Below, piece by piece: positions 29,225 to 38,164 of a stretch of DNA of 64,000 nt (positions are counted from its first letter, which is position 1; every line of letters starts with the position of its first letter). Position numbers and translations under genes: made by a program. The DNA comes from Tepidisphaera sp. (GTDB lineage Bacteria; Planctomycetota; Phycisphaerae; Phycisphaerales; UBA1924), in contig CP051526.1 of assembly GCA_050916045.1 (NCBI GenBank), positions 3,776,001 to 3,840,000 of the forward strand, written 5' to 3'. The notes beneath the pieces are model-generated. The model made no database searches. It saw only the letters and a list, made by a program, of their open reading frames with translations, and was not told the DNA's origin.

Positions 29225-29776
29225 TTATCCCGCCCCGCGATCGCTCGGCGAATCGGGCCCCTGCCCGTGAGCTCCGCCGCATTCCGGACATGGGCGACTT
29301 CCGAGGCCACGAAGGTCGTACCCGCATTGAGTACACGCTCCTGTGATTCTGGGCTTGCGCCGCTCTTGAGCTGCCCAGATGAAGAGCCCTGTGCCAGAGA
29401 GAATGTGCCACGAAAGCAGCAGTAAAGTAAACGTCCACGGTGGAATCGGAGTCGTTCCGCCGAGAATGGCTGAGGGGGTGAAGGCGACCACGCTCGCGGC
29501 GACAATCCCGCCAACAGGAATCCACGAGCGACATGCAACGCCCGACAAGATCGCAGTAATGGCAACGATGCCCACGTTGAAAAGCCAGCCGTAGTCTGTC
29601 GGACTCGCCATCGGGGCGACGACAAGCCCAACACCGCAAGAGAGCGGCCAGACGGCGCAGCACCACAGTCCAACGATCGCGTGCGCGATCGCAAATCGCC
29701 GTTTCGACATGAGGGTCGCAGACCAGAACACCGCGAAGTAAATCAATGGACTGAGAATGAACAGAAGGAATTCCAC
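29225..29776 (-). CDS. Membrane protein with C-terminal zinc ribbon
   Basis: Several TM segments, then CTQCGYDLRGLGSRPCPECG. Confidence 0.7.
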   Translation of the reverse strand: MEFLLFILSPLIYFAVFWSATLMSKRRFAIAHAIVGLWCCAVWPLSCGVGLVVAPMASPTDYGWLFNVGIVAITAILSGVACRSWIPVGGIVAASVVAFTPSAILGGTTPIPPWTFTLLLLSWHILSGTGLFIWAAQERRKPRITGACTQCGYDLRGLGSRPCPECGGAHGQGPDSPSDRGAG

Positions 29777-29785
29777 CGGGCGTCC

Positions 29786-31090
29786 TCAGGCCTTCAAAAC
29801 CGTCCGCAGTTCCTGCACAAACCGCCGCACATCGTGGAACGAGTTGTAAAGCGGCGTCGGGGCGGCGCGGATGACGTTCGGCTCGCGGAAATCGCACACC
29901 ACGCCGCGCTCGATGAGCGCCTGCTGCACAACCTTCGATGAACCCGGCACCACCAGCGACCACTGGCAGCCGCGCTGGGCGGTGTCGGCGGGCGTGAGCG
30001 ATGAGACGGGCAGGTCGGCTGCTTTCAGCAGTTCTCCCATGTAGCCGATGAGCTTGAGTGCTTTGGCCCGCAGCGCCGGCATCGTCGCCCGGTCGAAGAG
30101 TTCGAGCGATGCTTTGAGCGGTGTGAGCGAGAAGATCGGCGGGTTCGAGAGGGACCACGCATCCGCAGTTCGCATCGGTTCGATCTTGGGCCCCATCCTG
30201 AACCGCGTCGACGGGTCGTTGCCCCACCACCCCTCGAAGCGCGGCAAGGTCGGGTCGCTCAGGTGCTTTTCGTGGACGAACGCACCCGCGACCGCGCCGG
30301 GCCCGGCGTTGAGGTATTTGTACGAGCACCACGCGGCGAAGTCGGCTCCCCAGTCGTGGAGCTTCATCGGCACGTTGCCCATCGCGTGAGCGAGGTCCCA
30401 CCCGACGACCGCGCCGGCATCGTGCCCGGCCCGCGTGATGGCTTGCATGTCGAACCACTGGCCGGTGAGGTAGTTCACCGCGCCGAGCATGACCAGAGCA
30501 GGCTTCTCGCGAGCGATGGTCGCGACGATGTCCTCGGTGCGGAGGGTGGATTCGCCGTCGCGCGGCTTGAGACGAACGACAGCCGACGCCGGGTCAAACC
30601 CGTGGAAAGACGCTTGGCTCGCCACGGCGTAGGAATCGCTCGGGAATGCGGTGTCCTCGATCACGATCTTGAACCGCTCCTTGGTCGGGCGATAGAACGA
30701 GACCATGAGCAGGTGCAGGTTGGTCGTGAGCGTGTTCATCGCGACGACCTCGCGCTCAAGCCCTCCCACCAGCCGCGAAAGCGGTCCGCGGAACTGCTCG
30801 TGGTACGGAAGCCAGGGGTCTCGGCCGTGCATGTGCCCCTCGACGCCGCGACGGGCCCAATCCTCAAGCTCACCCGCCAGAAGCTCGGGAACCCGCTTGG
30901 GCATCGCGCCCAGCGAGTTCCCGGTCAGATAGACCGCCGACGAAGAGCCGGTCGCGTTCGCTTCGGGCTTGCCGCCGACGCCCGCGACCGTCGGAAGGGC
31001 GAACTCCTCGCGGAACGAGCGGAGCGGGTCGCCCGCGTCGAGGGCTTGCGCGAAGGCTTCATCGGTCCGGAACGTCGTGGGCTCGGGCAT
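29786..31090 (-). CDS. kynU: Kynureninase
   Basis: YLTGNSLG, MNTLTTNLHL, FPSDSY, WDLAHAMGN, WCSYKYLNAGPG, GWWG, SNPP. Confidence 0.95.
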   Translation of the reverse strand: MPEPTTFRTDEAFAQALDAGDPLRSFREEFALPTVAGVGGKPEANATGSSSAVYLTGNSLGAMPKRVPELLAGELEDWARRGVEGHMHGRDPWLPYHEQFRGPLSRLVGGLEREVVAMNTLTTNLHLLMVSFYRPTKERFKIVIEDTAFPSDSYAVASQASFHGFDPASAVVRLKPRDGESTLRTEDIVATIAREKPALVMLGAVNYLTGQWFDMQAITRAGHDAGAVVGWDLAHAMGNVPMKLHDWGADFAAWCSYKYLNAGPGAVAGAFVHEKHLSDPTLPRFEGWWGNDPSTRFRMGPKIEPMRTADAWSLSNPPIFSLTPLKASLELFDRATMPALRAKALKLIGYMGELLKAADLPVSSLTPADTAQRGCQWSLVVPGSSKVVQQALIERGVVCDFREPNVIRAAPTPLYNSFHDVRRFVQELRTVLKA

Positions 31091-31099
31091 GCGGGCAGT

Positions 31100-32143
31100 T
31101 TACGGCTTGTGAAGCCCCAGGAACTCCAGCGCCGCGCCGGCCCGGAGCAGGTCCCGGTCGGCCGCCGAAAGACCCGTCAAAGCGTCGATGAGCATGCCCG
31201 GGTGGTCCTCGCCGAGCGGGAACGGGTAGTCGCTCCCCAGCGCGACCCGCGAAGCCCCCATGAGCTTGACGAGATGGGCCAAAGCGTCGCCATCGTGCAC
31301 CAACGAATCAACCCAGAACGCGGCGGGCCGGCCCGGCTTGGCGAGGTACTCGGTTGGATGCTTGGCTTGGGCGGGGAAGAGGTCGCGGCGGCACTCAAAC
31401 CCGTGAGCGATCCGGCCGAGCGTCCCGGGAAACGAGCCCCCGCCGTGCGCGAAGCAGATCCGGAGATTCGGAAGCTCATCCAGCACCCCGCCGAAAATCA
31501 CCGACATCATCGCGATCGTCGTCTCCGTCGGCATGCCCACAAGCCACGGCATCCAGTACTTCGCCATCCGCTCGCCGCCCAGCATGTCCCACGGGTGCAC
31601 AAAGACCGCCGCCCCGAGCTCGGCCGCTCGCTCGAGCACCGGCCGCAGAAGCGGGTCGTCGAGGTTGGCTCCGTTCACGTGCGTCCCGATTTGCACGCCC
31701 GCGAGCTTGAGATCCTTGATGCACCGATCAAGCTCGCGGCAAGCCAGGTCGGCATCCTGAAGCGGGAGCACACCGAGGCCGATGAACGGCGGGACCGCAC
31801 CCGCCGACACCGGCTGCTGCACTTCGGCGATGTGGTCGTTGAGCAACCGATGCAGGTCGTACACATCCTGAGCTTTCGCCCAGTGGCTGAACATGACGGG
31901 TACGGTGCTGAGCACCTGCGTCGTCACGCTCGTCGCGTCCATTTCACGCTGCCGCACCGCCGGGTCCCAGAGATTGGCTTGCACATCGCGAAAGAACTGC
32001 TTCCCGCCGCTGGGAAGCGTCTTGCACATGCGAGCACACCCCGGCCCGGAATGCTCAAGCTCGATCCAGCCCGGATAGCCGGACTTCTTGGTCCAGTCGG
32101 GCCATCGCTCGGGGAGAATGTGGGTGTGGAGGTCGACTTTCAT
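31100..32143 (-). CDS. nbaD: 2-amino-3-carboxymuconate-6-semialdehyde decarboxylase (ACMSD, amidohydrolase)
   Basis: DLHTHILP, STVPVMF, FVHPWDM, PWLVGMP.ET, AHGGGSFP, GSDYPFPLGE; located in the kynurenine cluster. Confidence 0.9.
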   Translation of the reverse strand: MKVDLHTHILPERWPDWTKKSGYPGWIELEHSGPGCARMCKTLPSGGKQFFRDVQANLWDPAVRQREMDATSVTTQVLSTVPVMFSHWAKAQDVYDLHRLLNDHIAEVQQPVSAGAVPPFIGLGVLPLQDADLACRELDRCIKDLKLAGVQIGTHVNGANLDDPLLRPVLERAAELGAAVFVHPWDMLGGERMAKYWMPWLVGMPTETTIAMMSVIFGGVLDELPNLRICFAHGGGSFPGTLGRIAHGFECRRDLFPAQAKHPTEYLAKPGRPAAFWVDSLVHDGDALAHLVKLMGASRVALGSDYPFPLGEDHPGMLIDALTGLSAADRDLLRAGAALEFLGLHKP

Positions 32144-32151
32144 GCGGAATC

Positions 32152-32189
32152 AAGAAGTTGAAACACTGAGAGCACTGAGGGGCACAGAG
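32152..32189. repeat. Left arm of a 38-bp inverted repeat flanking the GxxExxY gene
   Basis: AAGAAGTTGAAACACTGAGAGCACTGAGGGGCACAGAG; 37/38 match to the reverse complement of 32656-32693. Confidence 0.95.
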
Positions 32190-32234
32190 AAATACGAAGT
32201 CACTTGGCGTGCTTGTCTACGGCACGCTTCAATC

Positions 32235-32633
32235 CTAGACGACCCTCCTTTTGACGTTCTGAACGAGGACCTGGCAGTTGAAGTTCATGAGCAACCCCAC
32301 CCTTACTCGTGAAAGCCGAAGGTACGTGAGCAACTGGGTCTCGTGGATCGGCATCAGCTTCTCCACTGATTTGAGCTCCACGATAACCTTGCTCGCCACG
32401 AGCAGGTCGATCCGAAAGCCGCAATCAAGCCTGATGCCGTCGTACTCGACCGCGACCTCGACTTGCCTCTGCACCGCGATTCCGCGTCTCGACAACTCGT
32501 GAGCGAGACATGCCTCGTACACGGACTCGAGCAATCCCGGGCCCATCACGCGGTGGACCTGCACCGCTGCACCAAAGATCGCTTCCGTCACATCTCCATG
32601 CAGATAATCCAGTGAATCGCGTTCCAACGCCAC
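32235..32633 (-). CDS. GxxExxY family PD-(D/E)xK nuclease-like protein
   Basis: GPGLLESVYEACL, FRIDLLV..KVIVELKSV, HETQLLTYL, GLLMNF; AGGAG RBS. Confidence 0.92.
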   Translation of the reverse strand: MALERDSLDYLHGDVTEAIFGAAVQVHRVMGPGLLESVYEACLAHELSRRGIAVQRQVEVAVEYDGIRLDCGFRIDLLVASKVIVELKSVEKLMPIHETQLLTYLRLSRVRVGLLMNFNCQVLVQNVKRRVV

Positions 32634-32655
32634 ACACTCCTGGACTTTGGCCTTC

Positions 32656-32693
32656 CTCTGTGCCCCTCAGTGATCTCAGTGTTTCAACTTCTT
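32656..32693. repeat. Right arm of the inverted repeat; overlaps the last codons and stop of nbaC
   Basis: CTCTGTGCCCCTCAGTGATCTCAGTGTTTCAACTTCTT. Confidence 0.95.
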
Positions 32694-33347
32694 TGATTTC
32701 TTCTTCACCGCCGACACCTTCTTGCCCTTCAGTTCAATCGCCCCCGCTTGCTGGATGACGTACCCGCACTTCTTGCACGTGCGACGCTCCGCCGGACCGC
32801 CCCAGAAGTCGTGCATGATGATCTTGAGGTCCTCATCGATCTTCTTCAGCACCCACCGTGCTTCGTGCACCAGCGTGTCGCACTCGGGGCAGTACCACCG
32901 CAGAGCATCCTCCTGCGGCTTGCCGTTCTCGTCGAACCCGCGAGGGAACTCCACGATGAGCCCCGCCGTCCCCTTCGGCCGCTGCGGACGGTGCGGCACC
33001 CAGCGATCAAGCAGGAAGAGCTCACCCTCCTTCACCACGACGTCGTGCGGCTTGGAACCGTCGAGCGGGCGAATCCGCACCGCGATGTTCCCCTTCACCT
33101 GATAGAACAACTCCTCCGTCGGGTTGACGTGGTAGTCGTTCCGCGTGTTGGGCCCGCCGCTGACGAAAAGCACCATGTCCTTGCTCGTCGCGAAGAGCTG
33201 CTTGTTGCTCACCGGAGGCGTCAGATTTTTCTTGTTCGCCCGGATCCAGCGATCAAGATGGATGAGCGGCTCGGTGATCCCGTGCGGGGCCCGCGGCTGC
33301 TTGGAGGAGGACTTCCGGGTGGCTTGCGTCGTGGTTTTCTTGGCCAT
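32676..33347 (-). CDS. nbaC: 3-hydroxyanthranilate 3,4-dioxygenase
   Basis: LTPPVSNK, GGPNTRNDYHVNPTEELFYQVKG, VPHRPQR; rubredoxin-like CPEC...CKKC. Confidence 0.93.
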   Translation of the reverse strand: MAKKTTTQATRKSSSKQPRAPHGITEPLIHLDRWIRANKKNLTPPVSNKQLFATSKDMVLFVSGGPNTRNDYHVNPTEELFYQVKGNIAVRIRPLDGSKPHDVVVKEGELFLLDRWVPHRPQRPKGTAGLIVEFPRGFDENGKPQEDALRWYCPECDTLVHEARWVLKKIDEDLKIIMHDFWGGPAERRTCKKCGYVIQQAGAIELKGKKVSAVKKKSKKLKH

Positions 33348-33445
33348 GCGGGCATGGTACCCGCAAGAGGCCGGTCCAATCTCCGTCGCGGACAGCCTGC
33401 GTCCGTGCTTACGCCACTCCCAAAGGCCCAGTCCACACTCCTATC

Positions 33446-34627
33446 ATGGACGCCCCGGAGCCCAGATTGCCCGACGCCAACGCCAAAGCGGCTTCCTCCT
33501 CCCGCCTCGTCGGGATCTTCCTGATCGTCCTCACGCTGGCCTGCTGGACCACGATCCCGCTCTACCTCAGCCATCTCAAGGGCATCGTCGACCCGACCGG
33601 CACGCCAAACGCCGAGGGCAAGCTCCCGCCGCTCGTCGATCCCTGGACCGCCAACGGCTGGCGGTACGGCTTCTCGACGATCCTGTGGATCCCGCCGCTC
33701 CTCTTCGCGTGGTGGTCGGGAAAGATGCCCCGCGGCATCTGGAAAGCCGCGCTCCTCCCCAGCATCTTCAACGCCGCCGCCCAGGTCTGTTTCGGCATCG
33801 CGCCGTACTTCGTCTCCCCCGGGCTCATGACCTTCAGCCTCCGCCTCAACATCATCTTCGTGACCATCGGTGCCGCGATCTTCTTCATCGCCGAGCGGCG
33901 GATCATAAAGTCCACGGGCTTCCTGATCGGCATCACGACGCTTCTGGTCGGCACGATTCTGACCGTCCTCTTCCAGCACGGGGGGCTTGGCGGCGCCACG
34001 GGGTTCGGCGTCCTGGTCTCCTTCGGTTCGGCGCTGCTTTACGCCGCGTATGCCCTCGCGGTCCGCAAGTGGATGCACGGCATGCCCCCGCTGCTCGCTT
34101 TCGCGGCGGTCAGCCAGTACACCGGCTTCGCGCTGGTGGCTCTCATGTTCATCCTCGGCGACCGCGGCCACGACGCTTCCGGGGTTCCTGATGCGGTCCG
34201 CGGGCTCAACGCCCTGCGCCTTCCCGGCGGCATCTTCGGCCTTGAGTTCGCGATGCTCTTGATCTTCGCGGTCGTCGGGATCGGGCTGGGGCACACGCTT
34301 TACTTCCACTCGATCCAGCGACTGGGCCTTGCGGTCTCGGCGGGCGTGGTCCAGCTTCAACCCGTCACGGTCTCGCTGGGCGCAATCCTGGTCTTTCCGA
34401 ACGATCCGTCGCAGCACCTGTCGGGCGTGCAGTGGGTGACGGGCGTCGTGGCACTCACCGGCGCGTGCATCATGCTCTACACGCAGCACGTCATGGCTTC
34501 GCGCGAGAAAGCCCCGATCGATGAGTTCGACGACCTGCCGGTCGACGGCGGGGTCGCGATGGTCGGTCAGAGCAACGAGCCTCCGCCGCCGCCGGCGTTC
34601 CCGCCCGGCGAAACACCCCAGCGATAA
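33446..34627 (+). CDS. DMT/EamA family transporter
   Basis: About 10 TM helices; GSALLYAAY, GLGHTLYFHSIQRLG, LQPV. Confidence 0.8.
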   Translation: MDAPEPRLPDANAKAASSSRLVGIFLIVLTLACWTTIPLYLSHLKGIVDPTGTPNAEGKLPPLVDPWTANGWRYGFSTILWIPPLLFAWWSGKMPRGIWKAALLPSIFNAAAQVCFGIAPYFVSPGLMTFSLRLNIIFVTIGAAIFFIAERRIIKSTGFLIGITTLLVGTILTVLFQHGGLGGATGFGVLVSFGSALLYAAYALAVRKWMHGMPPLLAFAAVSQYTGFALVALMFILGDRGHDASGVPDAVRGLNALRLPGGIFGLEFAMLLIFAVVGIGLGHTLYFHSIQRLGLAVSAGVVQLQPVTVSLGAILVFPNDPSQHLSGVQWVTGVVALTGACIMLYTQHVMASREKAPIDEFDDLPVDGGVAMVGQSNEPPPPPAFPPGETPQR

Positions 34628-34702
34628 CGGTTTCAGCGGCTGGAGCGCGTTCCAAACGGGCGCACGGGCTTGGAAGCCAGCCGCTCGCGTCTACCATCGC
34701 GC

Positions 34703-35917
34703 ATGACGAATCTCATCGCAGGCAACGCGGTCATCGGTCAATCCGGCGGCCCCACGGCGGTCATCAACCAATCCCTTGTCGGCGTCGTCGAAGGCCTGCG
34801 GCAAGGCTTGCACGCGGCCGGGTTTGTCAAGACCATCTACGGCATGCGCCACGGCGTCAAGGGCTTCGTCAAGGGCGACCTCGTCGACCTGACGACCACC
34901 GCCGACGACCGCCTCGAGCGTCTCGCGAACACCCCCTCCGCCGGCCTGGGCTCCACCCGCGACAAGCCCGACCGCGCGTACTGCGAGAAGATCCTCGAAG
35001 CCTGCAAGAAGCACGACATCCGCTACTTCTTCTACGTCGGCGGGAACGACAGCTCCGACACCTGCCGCATCGTCTCGGAGATGGCCGCCGCCACCAATTA
35101 CGACATGCGCTGCTTCCACGTCCCCAAGACGGTCGACAACGACCTCATGGAGAACGACCACACGCCGGGCTTCCCCAGCGCCGCCCGTTACGTCGCCATG
35201 CACTTCATGTCCGACAGCATGGACAACCGCTCGCTCCCGGGCATCAAGATCAACGTCATCATGGGCCGCCACGCGGGGTTCCTCACCGCCGCCGCCGCGC
35301 TCGCCCGCAAGCACGAGGGTGACGGCCCGCACCTGATCTACGTCCCCGAGGTCGCTTTCGATCTTGACGCGTTCGCCGCGGATGTCTCTCGCATCTATAG
35401 CAAGCTCGGCCGCTGCCAGATCGCCGTCTCCGAAGGCATCCAGGACAAGGACCACGTCGCCATCGGCGCCAAGCTGATCAAGAACGCCCAGGTCGATGCC
35501 CACGGCAACGTCCAGCTCTCAGGCTCGGGTGCCCTCGGCGACCAGCTCGCCGACTACCTCAAGGAGAAACTGACGCCTCCGGGTGGCAAGCCCCCGCGCG
35601 TCCGCGCCGACACGCTCGGCTACGCCCAGCGCTGCTGGCCCGATGCGTCGCCCATTGACCAGACCGAAGCCCGCCGCTCGGGCCGCTTCGCCGCCGCCCA
35701 AGCCCTCGCGGGCGAGAAGAGCGGCTCGATCGCCCTCAAGCGCGGCCCCGGCAACGAGTACTCCTGCTTCTGTGCGCTCGTCCCCCTCTCCGCCGTCGCC
35801 GCCAAGACCCGCCACCTCCCGGCCGAGTTCCTGAAAGGCACGAGCGACGTCTCGCAAGCGTGCATCGACAACCTCCGCCCGCTCGTGGGTCCGCTGCCGA
35901 CGTTTGAATTGCTTTAA
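34703..35917 (+). CDS. pfp: 6-phosphofructokinase, probably PPi-dependent
   Basis: GQSGGPTAVIN, GGNDS (Asp at the specificity site), PKTVDND, MGRHAGFL. Confidence 0.88.
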   Translation: MTNLIAGNAVIGQSGGPTAVINQSLVGVVEGLRQGLHAAGFVKTIYGMRHGVKGFVKGDLVDLTTTADDRLERLANTPSAGLGSTRDKPDRAYCEKILEACKKHDIRYFFYVGGNDSSDTCRIVSEMAAATNYDMRCFHVPKTVDNDLMENDHTPGFPSAARYVAMHFMSDSMDNRSLPGIKINVIMGRHAGFLTAAAALARKHEGDGPHLIYVPEVAFDLDAFAADVSRIYSKLGRCQIAVSEGIQDKDHVAIGAKLIKNAQVDAHGNVQLSGSGALGDQLADYLKEKLTPPGGKPPRVRADTLGYAQRCWPDASPIDQTEARRSGRFAAAQALAGEKSGSIALKRGPGNEYSCFCALVPLSAVAAKTRHLPAEFLKGTSDVSQACIDNLRPLVGPLPTFELL

Positions 35918-35949
35918 GCTATTCCGACAACGAATCCGCTCTGATCGAC

Positions 35950-35976
35950 AAGCACCGGCCAACCCGGTGCTTTTCC
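35950..35976 (+). terminator. Intrinsic terminator after pfk
   Basis: AAGCACCGG-CCAAC-CCGGTGCTT followed by TT. Confidence 0.6.
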
Positions 35977-36208
35977 TTGCGCTGACACTGCATGACTCGC
36001 GAAGATTGCGCTACTCCGACGTACATTCGGCGCGCAAAGAAACCACGCTCCCCGGCACCGCGGGAAGAACGGATCCCCCGATCGGAAATTGCATGCGATC
36101 TACGAAATCTCGCGCAACCCGGATCGTTCCGCCGCTCTCTGAGAGCACAGGCTTCGCAACGCTCGGACCGAAGTCCGCGCAGGCGACAAGCCTGAGGAGG
36201 GTTCAGTC

Positions 36209-37774
36209 ATGAGCACGAATCGTTCTTCCCGCGTTGTCCCATTCCCGGCGTGCCTCGCGATCATCGCGGGCGCGGCCCTCGGCGCTTCCGCAGCCGACGC
36301 TCAAGTCGAGCGGATCATCCGCCCCGTCCAGACCGAAGCCGACGCGTACGGCATCGCTCAACTCGACGATGGCTACGCCACCATCGCCAACGCCACCATC
36401 ACCGGCGGCGGCGGCACGCAGCAGGTCCTCGTCCTCACGCGTCACACCCTCGGCGGCGCGGTCCTCTGGCAGCGTTACCTCGTCGGTCCCCGCAACGACC
36501 GTGCGTTCTGCATCGAAGCCACCCGCGACCGTGGCTTCGTCATCGCCGGCGAGACCGACGCCGTCGATCCCAACCAGGCCCACACCACCGTCATCAAGAC
36601 CGACGGCCTCGGCAACCTCCTCTGGGCCCGCAGCATCCCGGCCGTCGACTTCGCCTCCCGCCCCATCGAGGTCGGCCTCCGCGAAGACCGCAACGGCAAC
36701 TACATCGTCGTCCACTCCACCCGCTTCCCCGGCAGCGCCGCTGAGTTCGGTGCCGCCGCTCTGCTCACCCCCGCGGGCAACGTCCTCTGGTCGCAAGCCT
36801 ACCGCGACCCGCGCGTGCAGACCCCCTTCACGGCCTTCGAAGACGTCCGCGAAACCGTGGGCCCCAACAACAACCCGCTCTACGTCGTTGTCGGCCACAC
36901 CGCCCGCGACCAGGGGACCGTGGGCCGCTCGATCGCCCTCTACCTCAACCCCGCCGACGGCTCCAACCCGCTGACGCGCGAGTACTCCTTCCTGGGCAAC
37001 ACGGAAGAGCACCACGCCAACGCGGTTCTTCCCGTCTCCCGCGAGAAAATCCGCGTCGTCGGCCGCTTCACCGACGCACAGAACGGTTTCGATGACGACG
37101 CGGTCGTCTGGGACCTGGACCCCGCGCTGCAGCCCGTCACGCTCGCGGCGATCTACCCCGGCGTCCGCCTCGCCCACGCGGGGATCGCTCCGTCCTTCAC
37201 CGCCGTCGGCGTCACGACGCACGCGGGCCACTTCGTCTTCGACAACGGGGATGAGGATGCGCTGCTCATGACGCTCTCCATCTCGCCCCCCGCGCTCGTC
37301 TGGTCCAACCTCTACCGCGGAGCCCGCCCCGAAGGGTTCAGGGCTCTCTTCACCCGCCCCGACAGCATCATTGCCGCCGGCTACAACGACTCCTTCGTTG
37401 CGGGCCAGCGCTGGATCTACACCGCCCGCACCGACCCCTTCGGCATCACCTCCTGCGAGACGCGCTTCAACCTCGACCCGCGCACGCCCGAACCCCGGAG
37501 CGTCGCGTTCGAGATGCCCCGCCTGACCGTCCCCGTCCGCGACTACCCGATGATCGACCCGCGGACCGAGTGGTTCCAGCGCGTCGTCTGCAACCGCTGC
37601 CCCGCCGACTTCAACGAGGACGGCTTCCTCGACTTCTTCGACTACGACGATTACGTCAACTGCTTCGAGAACGGCGTCTGCCCCCCGGGCCAGGATGCCG
37701 ACTTCAACGGCGACGGCTTCGTCGACTTCTTCGACTACGACGCGTACGTCGCGGCGTTTGAACGCGGCTGCTAA
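36209..37774 (+). CDS. Secreted beta-propeller-like protein with C-terminal GC-type dockerin-like domain
   Basis: Signal peptide; repeats GAVLWQR, GNLLWAR, GNVLWSQ; CPADFNEDGFLDFFDYDDYV..ADFNGDGFVDFFDYDAYVAAFERGC; GAGGAGG RBS. Confidence 0.85.
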   Translation: MSTNRSSRVVPFPACLAIIAGAALGASAADAQVERIIRPVQTEADAYGIAQLDDGYATIANATITGGGGTQQVLVLTRHTLGGAVLWQRYLVGPRNDRAFCIEATRDRGFVIAGETDAVDPNQAHTTVIKTDGLGNLLWARSIPAVDFASRPIEVGLREDRNGNYIVVHSTRFPGSAAEFGAAALLTPAGNVLWSQAYRDPRVQTPFTAFEDVRETVGPNNNPLYVVVGHTARDQGTVGRSIALYLNPADGSNPLTREYSFLGNTEEHHANAVLPVSREKIRVVGRFTDAQNGFDDDAVVWDLDPALQPVTLAAIYPGVRLAHAGIAPSFTAVGVTTHAGHFVFDNGDEDALLMTLSISPPALVWSNLYRGARPEGFRALFTRPDSIIAAGYNDSFVAGQRWIYTARTDPFGITSCETRFNLDPRTPEPRSVAFEMPRLTVPVRDYPMIDPRTEWFQRVVCNRCPADFNEDGFLDFFDYDDYVNCFENGVCPPGQDADFNGDGFVDFFDYDAYVAAFERGC

Positions 37775-37879
37775 CCCCCATCCCCCCCGGAGGCACTCCG
37801 CGAAGTGCGCCTGGGACCATCACCACGCGACCGACCGCCGGGCGCATCCTCCGACCTGTCAAGGGCCCGCTGCGCCGCC

Positions 37880-38075
37880 GCAGCGGGCTCTTTTACGCTC
37901 GCAGAACATCGCCGCGCCCGCGCAGAAGAGCAATGCAAGGTTGCAGAGCGCCTCCGCCTCCTTGCAGGAGAGAAAAGCAAGGAGGCAGCGGAGCAACGCG
38001 AGGAGGCAAAGCTGCTCAGCCTCCTCACCGCAGAGCAAAACCTCCGCGCAGCAGAGCAAAACAGGCTGGCAGAAC
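37880..38075 (+). repeat. Degenerate 21-nt periodic array (about 10 units)
   Basis: GCA(G) at 37880, 37901, 37922, 37943, 37964, 37985, 38006, 38030, 38051 and 38069. Confidence 0.7.
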
Positions 38076-38164
38076 CCTTCTGCGCCGCGTCATCACACGG
38101 TTATCGAACCGCCGCTCCCCCCATCCCCGGCCAACCTCCGGGCGATCGCCGGTACACTCCCCCC

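Noticed and set aside
29218..29694. 159-aa N-terminal extension of the KMO ORF
   Set aside because: It overlaps the zinc-ribbon gene in another frame; the FAD-binding motif begins right after ATG 29217.
32152..32693. Classical IS element or MITE interpretation of the inverted-repeat-flanked segment
   Set aside because: No DDE, HUH or recombinase gene and no visible target-site duplication; kept instead as a non-canonical element in the findings.
37880..38075. CRISPR array
   Set aside because: No conserved 23-47 nt repeat with unique spacers, and no cas genes in the window.
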